Below the pieces are notes generated by a model. The model worked only from the letters and a program-made list of their open reading frames with translations. It did no database searches and was not told the DNA's origin. Positions 29,430 to 39,500 of a DNA stretch of 63,360 nt are shown piece by piece (the stretch's first letter is position 1; every line of letters begins with the position of its first letter). The stretch is from Clostridia bacterium (lineage in GTDB: Bacteria; Bacillota; Clostridia; UMGS1883). The position numbers were made by a program, and so were the translations under genes. The stretch spans positions 10,287 to 73,646 of the forward strand of contig JBJDXJ010000006.1 of NCBI GenBank assembly GCA_051866635.1, given 5' to 3'.

Positions 29430-29455
29430 AACACTTCCCCCTTTCTTTTAGGTAT

Positions 29456-30382
29456 CTATTTTTGAATCATTCGTATAAGCTCCAGCGTCTGACTGTCAAT
29501 TGCAACCGTTGATGCCTTCAGCTGTGCCAGCACCTCAAAGAATGCATCCTTATGCCCGGTTTCAAAATACAATTTAAGTCTTAAAGTATAGGATGCAAGA
29601 AGCGTTGGGTACTGTTCAAAAAAGCGGTTACCCCAAAACTCTGCCTTGTCGTATTCTTTAATTTCAATCATTCTGCCGATAAGCCATTCATAACTCTCAT
29701 GTGTAAGGTCGGCTTTTGAGTTTTCATAAAGTGTTTCACAAAGCTCTGCCATCTGCCCCACATAATCCGCCTGCTCGGTATCGGTGAAAACATTTTGCTT
29801 AAGCATATGATTCATATACCGAATGAGCTTTAAAATAAGCTCTTTACGTTCCTCTTCCGAGGTATCTTCATCTTCAATCATAAGCTTTGTCTTTCTCACA
29901 TTGTCACGGAAGGTATCCATCTTACTTTGTAAAAATGACGCTGCATAATGTGCAACCTCAGAATCATCGCTGTCAAGAGCCAAGGCTATAGCTGAAAAGG
30001 ACTCGTCCGTTTCGCCTAAAAGCACATTAAGCATATTAGTACGTTTCTTTTCCATGTCCGATATAAGAATAGCCTCGCCTACGGAAACGATATTTCGTTC
30101 TCTGCTTTCGTCGGCTTTAACCCTTGCAACATGTCTTTTTTTACTGAATTCCACATCGGAAAGGTCTCTGTTACCGATTTTTATAAAGCGGTACTTTAAG
30201 AAGGCAAGGACAAAATACAAAATACCTACCACCGGGCAAATAATCATAACAACAGTATTCATAATGTACTGTCGCCTGTTGTCAATATCCTTTTTAAAGA
30301 TAAGCCACCAAATCAGATACCCCACGGCAATAAGCGTATTTAAAATAAGCACGACTAAAAAAATTATTCCGGACCGTGTCAT
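29456..30382 (-). CDS. pelE: PelE-like membrane/TPR-like protein
   Basis: Two N-terminal TMs with CPVVG; ALDSDDSEVAHYAAS; synteny. Confidence 0.75.
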   Translation of the reverse strand: MTRSGIIFLVVLILNTLIAVGYLIWWLIFKKDIDNRRQYIMNTVVMIICPVVGILYFVLAFLKYRFIKIGNRDLSDVEFSKKRHVARVKADESRERNIVSVGEAILISDMEKKRTNMLNVLLGETDESFSAIALALDSDDSEVAHYAASFLQSKMDTFRDNVRKTKLMIEDEDTSEEERKELILKLIRYMNHMLKQNVFTDTEQADYVGQMAELCETLYENSKADLTHESYEWLIGRMIEIKEYDKAEFWGNRFFEQYPTLLASYTLRLKLYFETGHKDAFFEVLAQLKASTVAIDSQTLELIRMIQK

Positions 30383-32556
30383 ATGTCTGTCTCCTTACTT
30401 ATAGCTGTGCCGATTCCCTTTTTACTAAGCTCTGCTCTTAAATATTCACACTCTTCCTCGCCGGAACCTGTAAGCAGAATATAAAGTCCGCCATCTTTTC
30501 CGTAACCTACATGATTAAAAGGATAAATTGTTTCAGAAATAATCTTTCGGGTGTTTTCCGAATCCTTTGACGTAACCTTCAAAAGAACATAATTGGTCAT
30601 ATTACTGTCTTTTGCCCTGTGGTGGGTATTGAACAAATCCGAAAAGGCACTGTATTTTAACACCTTGCCGTCAGATGAAAAACGTTCATCATATATAACA
30701 TTGTAATATTCTTCAGCTCCTCTTACCGCCTTTCTGACAAGCTTACCAAGCACGGTAATACGGTTGGATTCGTCAATAGTCATTCTTTCAAAGGGTATAC
30801 TCCAAAGCATAATCATCATATTTGGTTTGCCGTTTTCCCGAACAGCGTAAGCTATCATAGGATAAGCAGAATCCATGTCACGGTTTAAAAATACAATATC
30901 TCGCTCAATTGCATCATAAAGAGGTTCTTTATCGGGCAGATAAATTCTGTTACCCATGGAAGCGGCTTTTTCTGATGTATAACCGAAAAGTTGTGCATAG
31001 TCTGATTCTTCAAAAAGGTAAATAGAAACATCTTGACACTCTGTTACATTTTTTATAAGTGTTACGGCACGGAAAAGAATTTTTGTGGGATCATCCGCAC
31101 CCAACTTTTCAATCATATCGTAAACCATACCAAGGCTGTAATTGTAGTTTACAACCTGCGTGATAAGTCCTTCCTTTACACGAAGGTTGCTGTCGTTTAT
31201 ATCGGTAATATCGGTAACACGTTCAGACAAAAAATCATGCTCCTGTTCCTTTTCTTCCTTAAGGAAATTAATTCGGTCCTTCATATAACCTACTACCAAT
31301 CCCACAATGAAGATTTCCGCAACCCACACATATGTATTATAGTCGGTCATTACCGCTATGCCCGAATTACTGTACATCTGTCGGAATATATATCCTGCTG
31401 TTGCAAGGACCGCTGATAAGGTAGCCTGCCTTTGACCATGTACTACCGCAAAAATCAAAACATAAATCAGATAAAGGTCAATCTTTGAGAAATACTCACT
31501 ACCCGTTGCACGGTTGTTCATCATAAAAAACGGGATAAAGAGAATCAAATTTTCAATATAAGGCACCCACATACCCAAGAATTTGACTGTACTGTAGTAA
31601 ATCCTCTGCCACAGACTAAGACCGGGATGTGAGCTGTCTAAGAAACGCTCGCTGTGCTTTCTCATGAAGGTCAAAGTCTTTTGTATAACCTCATCGGGGG
31701 TAAACCACACATTAAAGCCAAACTCCTCATCAAAACGCTTATTTAAAAGAATAACGGATCTCTGATCGTCTAATGTGTCATCAAATTTTTCAATTTCTTT
31801 GTCAAAGCATTTTTCTATGGCATTAACTATTTCCATTTCAGAATAAGCCTTTGATGATGAAATATTATACAAATTATAATTGTGCTTTTTACAAACAATA
31901 ACCTTGTATATACTTTCCACCGCATCACCCATATAGGTAAGACCATACACATAGTTTTTCTTGTAGTTAACCCTGCCATCTCGGAAAGCATCAAGACACT
32001 TTTTCTCGCAAATTCCCAAAAGTGCATCGTTTTTATCATCGGGAACATCATAAAGGCGGTCTAATCTTAAAATGATAACATCCTTTTCTAACCTTTCTTG
32101 GTAAAACCTACAGCTTTCTTCAGCCTGCAATAAGGTTGTTGCCCTTATTCCGAAAGGAAACGGTTTTACATCTTCCATAACAGGCACAGGATAAGAATTT
32201 CCGTACACCTCCACAGAAGAAAGATATATAAGCCTACCCTTACCCATTGCCGCCCAGGAAAGAAGAATATTCTGTAGTCCTGCGGAATATTCAACCGCCT
32301 CTTTTCTTGAATCCTTGTGGTAAAAATTACTGTCAAAAGCTCCCAACAGGATTGTAACATCAGGATTAACGCTACAAAAAACCTCTTTAAGTGAGTCAGC
32401 TGTGTATGGGAAATCATACCGTTCAAATACATGCTTATAATGCTTTGACGGATCTCTGCTTCCTGACAACACATAAATCTTGTGTCCTTCTTTATAAAGT
32501 TTTAACGATAGTTTTTTCATCATAGGCGACAGACCGCCTACAAGCATTATATCCAT
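30379..32556 (-). CDS. pelD: PelD-like protein (degenerate SDR/epimerase + TMs + GAF + degenerate GGDEF)
   Basis: IYLSSVEVYG SDR fold, central TM block, GAF-like region; synteny with pelEAFG. Confidence 0.78.
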   Translation of the reverse strand: MDIMLVGGLSPMMKKLSLKLYKEGHKIYVLSGSRDPSKHYKHVFERYDFPYTADSLKEVFCSVNPDVTILLGAFDSNFYHKDSRKEAVEYSAGLQNILLSWAAMGKGRLIYLSSVEVYGNSYPVPVMEDVKPFPFGIRATTLLQAEESCRFYQERLEKDVIILRLDRLYDVPDDKNDALLGICEKKCLDAFRDGRVNYKKNYVYGLTYMGDAVESIYKVIVCKKHNYNLYNISSSKAYSEMEIVNAIEKCFDKEIEKFDDTLDDQRSVILLNKRFDEEFGFNVWFTPDEVIQKTLTFMRKHSERFLDSSHPGLSLWQRIYYSTVKFLGMWVPYIENLILFIPFFMMNNRATGSEYFSKIDLYLIYVLIFAVVHGQRQATLSAVLATAGYIFRQMYSNSGIAVMTDYNTYVWVAEIFIVGLVVGYMKDRINFLKEEKEQEHDFLSERVTDITDINDSNLRVKEGLITQVVNYNYSLGMVYDMIEKLGADDPTKILFRAVTLIKNVTECQDVSIYLFEESDYAQLFGYTSEKAASMGNRIYLPDKEPLYDAIERDIVFLNRDMDSAYPMIAYAVRENGKPNMMIMLWSIPFERMTIDESNRITVLGKLVRKAVRGAEEYYNVIYDERFSSDGKVLKYSAFSDLFNTHHRAKDSNMTNYVLLKVTSKDSENTRKIISETIYPFNHVGYGKDGGLYILLTGSGEEECEYLRAELSKKGIGTAISKETDI

Positions 32557-32582
32557 AACTTACTCCATCTTTTTGTTTGCAA

Positions 32583-34907
32583 TTATAAGTTGTAGCCGTA
32601 ATCTATTGCAAAATTATAAAGGCTGAATACATTCTGCTCAATGTAATAACAAACAAATCTCTCATTTTCATAGTAAACCTTAAACTCGTTTGGGTAAAGC
32701 TCCAAAAACTTCTGTGCCCAGTAATACATTCTTGACATTGTAACAGAACGCTTTACTCCGCTGTAAGCTGTAATACCCTTATTCTTAGGTAAATCCTGCT
32801 CTGCCTGTTCCTCTGACACAGGAGGGATTTTACCCGCATATCCGCCGGCATAGTTTATAGGTTCTTTTTCAATATAAAAATATACCTTCTCGGTTGGTAT
32901 TGTAACCTCTTTATTACGATTCCAGTGTTCCATATCCTCTAAAAACTCAATGGTTTCAGTATGACGGCCGTATTTTTCTATCATACGAAGCTCATCATTG
33001 GCTGAAATAATAGTCCATGTATTGTTTTTTCCCTTGTTGTCCTTGAGAATATTGGCAGTACAAAGGATTGTTTCGTTCATTTCAAGATTACCGCCACCGA
33101 AGGAACCTCTTATCCAGCCAAATCCAAGACTTAGCACAAGAAGTGTCGCCGCAACCGTAAGCCCTGCAAATTGTTGCACTTTAGGAAGTCTACATAAAAA
33201 CAGAAGGCTTATCGCTCCGTCAATAGTCATTATGAAAACAGCGGGAATGAGGTATGCAAAATAAATACAAACACGACCGGGCTCCATCAGCATAGGCCAA
33301 CCTACACTGCCGCTTATAAGAATCAAAGCTAAAAGTATTTCTGCTATAACAATTGAAACAATAGCCGAGCCACGGTCTTTGTCAACATATAACAAATAAA
33401 TAAGCCCGATAACTACAGATAAAACTGCAAAGTAGAAAACATAGTTCATATCTGTAAGTGCAAAAGCCAATTGCTTACATGCACTTAAAATATTCTTTTT
33501 ATATTTCCATCCAATGAAAATAACTAATAGGACAGGTATCAAAGAATAAACAGTCAACCTTATTTTTTTAGCGGTTTTATACTCAGGTACCTTTTTATTT
33601 TCAAAGGAAATTTTTCCTTTTTTTATACCACGAAATACGAAGAAAACTCCAAATACAGTACCTGACACAACACCTAAACAGATAACTGCAAATATCAGAA
33701 CCGTATAATCACGAAGGCCTATAACATTCATAGCCCAGTACATGGAGCCCTGAAGTGATTTGCCCGTAAGAAATGCCGCCGCCATAGGAAGGAAAGCCAT
33801 CAAAAAGCTCAATATTCCTGCAAGCATAACCCTTATGAAGTATTCTTTTCTTATAAAAAGACGGCTATACCCTACACCGACTCCCACACAGATTATCAAA
33901 GCGATTATTGTGTCGTAAAAGTGGGATGTAAGTGTTAAAGAAAAGCTTAAAGCAAACCCAAAAAGATACCATGTGGATTTGCATCTGAGAAGGTTGAAAC
34001 CGTTGTTTAGCTCGTTTTCTCTCGACTCAAAAAATTTCATAAGGAAAACAATTGACGGGAGAATATACATCATACCGTATTCCTGTGGAAGCGTTGCACC
34101 ATATCTCAAATATGACGCACTTACAAAAAACTTTGCACCCACAAACATCATAGCCCCGATATAGGGAATAAATTTATTTTTGCAACAGCACCTTAAGAAA
34201 ATAAGGAGCATTATCGCAATCATAGCAAACTGGACAAACCAGAACAAACGCAAGGAAACATACACAGGCATTCCAATAAGGGTGGTTAGATAATAAAGCA
34301 TACAATGCATACCCATGGGATAAATACCCGCAACGTATATATTGTTGTCTATAAGTCCGTTTATCCAGTAGTTGTGCACCGGAAGATCAGAGGCACCGTA
34401 GCCCCATCTGTTCAGTATTCCGTTTCCGCAAATACCCCAGATAAGTGATATTAAAAACACAATAAAGGGAATTACTGCGTAATTCTCTTTAAATAAGCGT
34501 TTTATATTTCTGAATATAACCCTTAAAAACACCTTAATTTCCCTAAATCGGTGCCTTATAAAGGTTTTAAAGCCGACTTCACGTAAAGCATAATGCTTAC
34601 ACTCACCTGCCACCCTTTTTAAATAAGGGATAACAGGAATATTATAAATTTTTACAACAAGTACAATAAAAGGTACAAAGGTGAAAAGAAAAAGCGTTAT
34701 GCGATAAGATATGTGAAGCAGCTGAAGAACCTGCACAAGATTAATGATGTAAAAGTTACCTATGGTAAAATAAATCAAAAACCTTTCACAAGAGGAAAAA
34801 TTTTTCACCTTACGATAAAAAACGAGGGCCGGAAGTCCTACCGTAAATCCGATATATCCGATAAACAATTGTAATAACTGAATTACATTTAACACAGACA
34901 TAGACAT
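32583..34907 (-). CDS. Large polytopic membrane protein, GT-C-like
   Basis: Many TMs; loop SDLPVH...IYPMGMH; LPQE; soluble C-terminal domain. Confidence 0.55.
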   Translation of the reverse strand: MSMSVLNVIQLLQLFIGYIGFTVGLPALVFYRKVKNFSSCERFLIYFTIGNFYIINLVQVLQLLHISYRITLFLFTFVPFIVLVVKIYNIPVIPYLKRVAGECKHYALREVGFKTFIRHRFREIKVFLRVIFRNIKRLFKENYAVIPFIVFLISLIWGICGNGILNRWGYGASDLPVHNYWINGLIDNNIYVAGIYPMGMHCMLYYLTTLIGMPVYVSLRLFWFVQFAMIAIMLLIFLRCCCKNKFIPYIGAMMFVGAKFFVSASYLRYGATLPQEYGMMYILPSIVFLMKFFESRENELNNGFNLLRCKSTWYLFGFALSFSLTLTSHFYDTIIALIICVGVGVGYSRLFIRKEYFIRVMLAGILSFLMAFLPMAAAFLTGKSLQGSMYWAMNVIGLRDYTVLIFAVICLGVVSGTVFGVFFVFRGIKKGKISFENKKVPEYKTAKKIRLTVYSLIPVLLVIFIGWKYKKNILSACKQLAFALTDMNYVFYFAVLSVVIGLIYLLYVDKDRGSAIVSIVIAEILLALILISGSVGWPMLMEPGRVCIYFAYLIPAVFIMTIDGAISLLFLCRLPKVQQFAGLTVAATLLVLSLGFGWIRGSFGGGNLEMNETILCTANILKDNKGKNNTWTIISANDELRMIEKYGRHTETIEFLEDMEHWNRNKEVTIPTEKVYFYIEKEPINYAGGYAGKIPPVSEEQAEQDLPKNKGITAYSGVKRSVTMSRMYYWAQKFLELYPNEFKVYYENERFVCYYIEQNVFSLYNFAIDYGYNL

Positions 34908-34930
34908 CGGTTAACATCCCTCGCTCTCGT

Positions 34931-35350
34931 TTATTTTTGTATAAGGTTTAAAAATGCAAGACAACATCTTCTGATTTGCAAATTGCTGAGCCATATTTTT
35001 TTATATACCCAATACCACCATGTCTTTTCATTGACATAACGCCCGTTTATATAAAAACCTTGAGCTACGGCAATAATCTGTTCTTCATTTACTCTCTCGG
35101 CGTTTTTAAACTGATGGTCGCCCAAAACCGTAAAGATGTGCTCACTTTCTTCCTTTATTATCCTGTGAAGTACAAGCGTACCGTCATTTTTCTTGTAAAG
35201 AATTACGTCCCCTCTTTTTAATTGCCTAAAGCCTTTGTCAGCTAACTCAACTAAGGTTTCCCCCTCATTTAAAAGAGGGCGCATACTTGTTCCCTTTGTA
35301 GGTACAACTGCACAGCCAAGCTCTTTAATACAAATTTCAATACTTTTCAT
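34931..35350 (-). CDS. S24/S26-family peptidase (soluble, signal-peptidase-like)
   Basis: GTSMRPLL, GDVILY, LHRII, GD; no N-terminal TM; 1-bp overlap with the PqqD gene. Confidence 0.88.
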   Translation of the reverse strand: MKSIEICIKELGCAVVPTKGTSMRPLLNEGETLVELADKGFRQLKRGDVILYKKNDGTLVLHRIIKEESEHIFTVLGDHQFKNAERVNEEQIIAVAQGFYINGRYVNEKTWWYWVYKKIWLSNLQIRRCCLAFLNLIQK

Positions 35351-35613
35351 TATTCTAACATATTACAGGATTCAAGCTCCGATAAAAATGCATCCAAATC
35401 CTTCTCTACCGCATGGGGCTCTACAGAATATTCCTGTGCCAATGCCTCCAATAGGCTTTCCTTGTCAGTTTCTTCACGAAGCATTTTGCAAATAAACTCC
35501 CCTGTATGATTAAGCACAATCATACCGTTAAAACCAATGCTTTTATCCGGGGGAGGTACAAGCACAGTATTCTTGTGTACTTTTCTTAAAATATGACCGG
35601 CTATAAGGTGCAT
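35350..35613 (-). CDS. PqqD-family RiPP recognition element (RRE)
   Basis: LNHTGEFICKML...LAQEYSV..AVEKDLDAFLSELESCNML. Confidence 0.9.
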   Translation of the reverse strand: MHLIAGHILRKVHKNTVLVPPPDKSIGFNGMIVLNHTGEFICKMLREETDKESLLEALAQEYSVEPHAVEKDLDAFLSELESCNMLE

Positions 35614-35635
35614 ATCAATGCCCCGACCTTTCGTT

Positions 35636-35800
35636 TTATTCTATAGTTGTGTTTGTGCCGCCAAAAAATCGGTTAAGTGCGAAAGCCGCATAATCATAAG
35701 TTTCTTCATCAATTCCGCTTTCTGTCAATATACGGTCATTATCGTCAAACCTGTAAATCTTAGCTTTAGGCGGTTCATATTCATATTCGCATTTTTTCAT
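35636..35800 (-). CDS. 54-aa RiPP precursor peptide with lasso-type leader (not in the ORF track)
   Basis: MKKCEYEYEPPKAKIYRFDDNDRILTESGIDEETYDYAAFALNRFFGGTNTTIE*; YxxP motif, ILTxS junction, AGGA RBS; lies between kinase and RRE genes. Confidence 0.85.
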   Translation of the reverse strand: MKKCEYEYEPPKAKIYRFDDNDRILTESGIDEETYDYAAFALNRFFGGTNTTIE

Positions 35801-35806
35801 AAAATC

Positions 35807-36490
35807 CTATCCTTTCATTGCTTTATACGACATTTCAGCCGCATCAGGTTCGTTTTTGCAGCTCATTTCAAATATATTTACCTTCTCCGCCACTTGACCT
35901 ATCATGTCAAGCAAAAGAGTCATATCATTGACATTTTTTGGTCTGTAGGTATTATTAAGAACTAATGCAATTGCCCTGTCTGATTCAACAATCTTTATGC
36001 TGTTTTCGCTACCTCTGTTTAAAAAGCATATTCCCCGAAGGTTTACTTTACGGTTTTTTTGTAAATTCGTCTTACCTGAAAATGGTGTTCCCCATACAGT
36101 TACACCATCTTTTTGGGGGAAAATAACGGGTTTATCATCATTTAAAATGTAACTGTTCTTAAATTTTTCAAGCCAGAACTTAGTATGCGTAGATTTGCCC
36201 GTGCCTGACGGTGCCGAAAACAGGTAAGCTTCATTCCCTACAACCACAGCCGAAGCATGAAGGAAAAATCTGCCATGCTTTACTATTTCACGGCAAAATA
36301 CACTGCTTGACAACATATATTCCAAGTCTTCATCACTGCGATTTAAAAGATGTTTGTCTGTAACAGAATTAACATCAATTTTTAAATCCATTACAGGTTC
36401 ACCGGAGGATTGATATGCTTCGCACTGCCTTTTCAGGCGGTCAAATTCAGGTTCCATCTGAACCTTAATCCCTGCGATTTCGTATATCAT
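35807..36490 (-). CDS. HprK-related peptide kinase (PadeK/ScmC-like)
   Basis: LHASAV, APSGTGKST, LNDD, WGTPFSG. Confidence 0.85.
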   Translation of the reverse strand: MIYEIAGIKVQMEPEFDRLKRQCEAYQSSGEPVMDLKIDVNSVTDKHLLNRSDEDLEYMLSSSVFCREIVKHGRFFLHASAVVVGNEAYLFSAPSGTGKSTHTKFWLEKFKNSYILNDDKPVIFPQKDGVTVWGTPFSGKTNLQKNRKVNLRGICFLNRGSENSIKIVESDRAIALVLNNTYRPKNVNDMTLLLDMIGQVAEKVNIFEMSCKNEPDAAEMSYKAMKG

Positions 36491-36521
36491 TCCTCCATTT
36501 CACCTCTTTTAACAATGAACT

Positions 36522-39500
36522 TTAGCCGGGATAATGTGAATTTTCCCTATACTGTCCTGCCGCGGTATTTACCACTCCGTTACTGCTTGTAACCTTTGTA
36601 CCGTCTGTACCGTTAACTGTAATTGTTGCTGTAGCACCGGGTGCATACAAATTGTCGATTATAAATCCGTATGTGCTATTGGCTTTAAGTCCCGTTGCAT
36701 CCCAGAAATATTGAAGGACTGTTCCATCCTTTATCCTCTTGATACTGCCCTGATTGTATTTTACGCCTTCGCCGTCAGCAACAATATCTCCGCCTGTACC
36801 TTCAAAATCGCTTTCAGGTCCAACCTTTACATAGGCTGTATCGGGAACATTTACATCAATCTGTATTGTGGTGACATTTGTCATATTATCGATTGAGTAT
36901 TTAAAGCCTGTGGCAATTGTGTTTCCGTATTTTTCACGACCGTATCCTATGTGGTTTCTGTCTGTTCCTGCATCTCTGTCATCAAATACTGCGGGAATTT
37001 CGCCTTCGCTTTCAGCAATAAAGGAAAGATAAGGACCTTGAACTGTAGTGTTGTAAACAGGTTCAAACCTTGCGTAGTAGGTATCGCCGTCTGTATCATC
37101 TGCTAAAGTAACAGAATAGGTCGCATCTTCGCTCAATTTATTTCCGCTTCCATCGTACCAACCAAGGAATATGAAACCGCTGTTTGCTGTTGCTTTACTG
37201 CTTGCTGATGTGCCTTCCACATCAGTTACCGAAGCTACCGAAACCTTACCGCCCACATTATCGGTTTTAAAAGTACCGTTTGCCTGCTTTGTCTGTGCCA
37301 CAAAATTTACGGTAAAGGTTCTTTCAAAGCGAGCGTAATATGTGGCGTCGCCTGTTGTGGTGTAGCTTATTGTTGCACCGTCGTTTATAAGCATATCGTC
37401 GCTGACTTCGTTAAACGCCTCATCATACCAACCCACAAATTTGTAGCTTGTTTTTGCGGTAGCTGTGGAGCTTATGGGGGTGCCCACAACGTCTGTGTAG
37501 GTATATCTGCCCAGTACGCCGATGTTATCGTCTTCTGTGTCTTCCCATGTTTCTCCGCTTCTTGCCTTGCCGCCTGAAACTTTGACCTGACGGATATATG
37601 TCTGTGTGACATTGCCATCAAACCTTGCATAATAAGTTTTTACGCTTTCTTTTGTTTCGGTGTAGCTGTAGGTTGGGTTTGTGGTAACAAGGTTTCCGTT
37701 TTCGTCATACCAACCCTCAAAGGTGTAGCCACTTTTTGCTGTTGCCTTAACGGTTACCGTTTCATCTGTTGCGGCGTAATATGCTTTGCCGCAGGTATTA
37801 TATACGGCTTCATAATTTTCATCGGTTTTATCTGTTACGCTTGTAATTTCAACCGTGCCGCCCTGCTCGGAATTGTTATATGTGCTGCCTTTATTAATCT
37901 GGGGGATGAACGCCTGTCTCCAGCGCCATTGTGCAACCATGGTAAGACCTTTGTGGACATTGGCATAGGTTATAGCCTCGCCGTTATCTGTCCACGTTAC
38001 ACCGTCAACCTCGCCGTTTGTGCTGTTGTTGTTGATTACTTTTGTTAAGGCGACAGTTCCGTCATAGATTTTAAAGTACTGTGCCGACGATACATCTGAC
38101 GCATCGCTGATAGAATAGTCACAGGCTATGGTATGCTCCGCAGGAAGCAACAAGCTGCCTAATTTATCTGCATTTATCAGTGTCTTTGACGAAGTGTTTT
38201 CAACAACATCACCTGTGAGCAGCCAGCCCAAGAACTTCCATCCGCTGTTCTGACCTTCCGCCGCCTTTGAAACATAAGGCGGAATAAACATTGTGCCTGT
38301 CTCTGCCTCAGCACCTGTACTGCCCGAAGCCGGCTTAAAGCTGTATACATTTTCGGCTTCGTCTTTATTATACTCTCTTTCCACAACATACTTCTTACCG
38401 CCGTTGGGATCGTAGGTTACTGTGGGGTTTTTAATAAATATAAAGTGCAAGTCTGTGGCAGAGGTTATATTATCAAGGTAATAGGTATAAACCGTATCGC
38501 CGTCTGCATTGGTAGACTTTATCCATTTGCCTGCCTTTTCCTCATCGGTCAGGCTACCTGTGTCCTCAATTTCATTGCCTGCCAACTGCAAAAACTGGGT
38601 AACGGGGTTTCCGTTTTCATCTTGCTTTGTATAATACACGCCTACAAATTCACAGCCTGCATCGGCGTCGTTTTTCCTTACAATACCCTGAATTTTAAGG
38701 GGTTCGCCGTCTGTTACATAAGTGGCAAGCTTGTCGTCTATTGTGACCTTATGACCTTCCGAGCTGCCCTCGCCCTCGCTTGTTCCGTCACTGCCACCCA
38801 CAACAGCACTGCCGTGGGTAGTGGTACTGCCCGACAAGGGGTGATAAATCTGGAAATTAATCTTATCAAGGAAGTTACCGTAGGTTTTTTCCTTACCTGC
38901 TGCTGATTGCGGCGGATCCAAAAATCCAACTGATACAAAGCCGAACAGCGTGTCGGTCTGACCTGCCGGTACGGTGTAAAGATAATACTTGCTTAAATCC
39001 ACCGTTGTACTGCCGTTTCCGTTGCCGCTTCCGGCAGAACCTTCGGCATTGGAGCCGTAGCTACCCCAGGGGTTTTCAGTTTCGCCGGTGGCTGCACTGT
39101 TGTCTCTTATTATCCAAATATGCCATTCTTCCGTATAGATAGTGCTTGGTATAGCACTGAAGGCGTTATTTCCTGCATTGTCCTGGAATGTGCCGCCTGT
39201 ATCAAATTTTTTACTGTAAACAACAAACTGTTCTTCGTGTGAAATGTTGTAAATTGTTTCACCACCGATATTATATTCGTCTCGCAATTCTCCGTCGGGG
39301 AAAAGCCAGTCTGTCATCTGCATAAAATGGTCACGCCCATCTTTGCTGGGCTTTGAGGGATTAACGCTCTGCTTGGGACCTATAACAAGTGCCATAATGT
39401 CAGTACCGTTACGGGCACCGTGGTCAAGACCCCATTCATAAACGCTTGAGGGGGTTGTTTTTACATTTTGGTACAAGGTGCTTTCTTCGTCCGCATTTAA

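Noticed and set aside
35618-35965. 115-aa + strand ORF
   Set aside because: Antisense to the precursor and kinase; the minus-strand 54-aa ORF has the RBS, motif and context
34931-36490. Calling this a lasso peptide cluster
   Set aside because: No lasso cyclase or B2 protease in the window; only the leader and accessory enzymes are lasso-like
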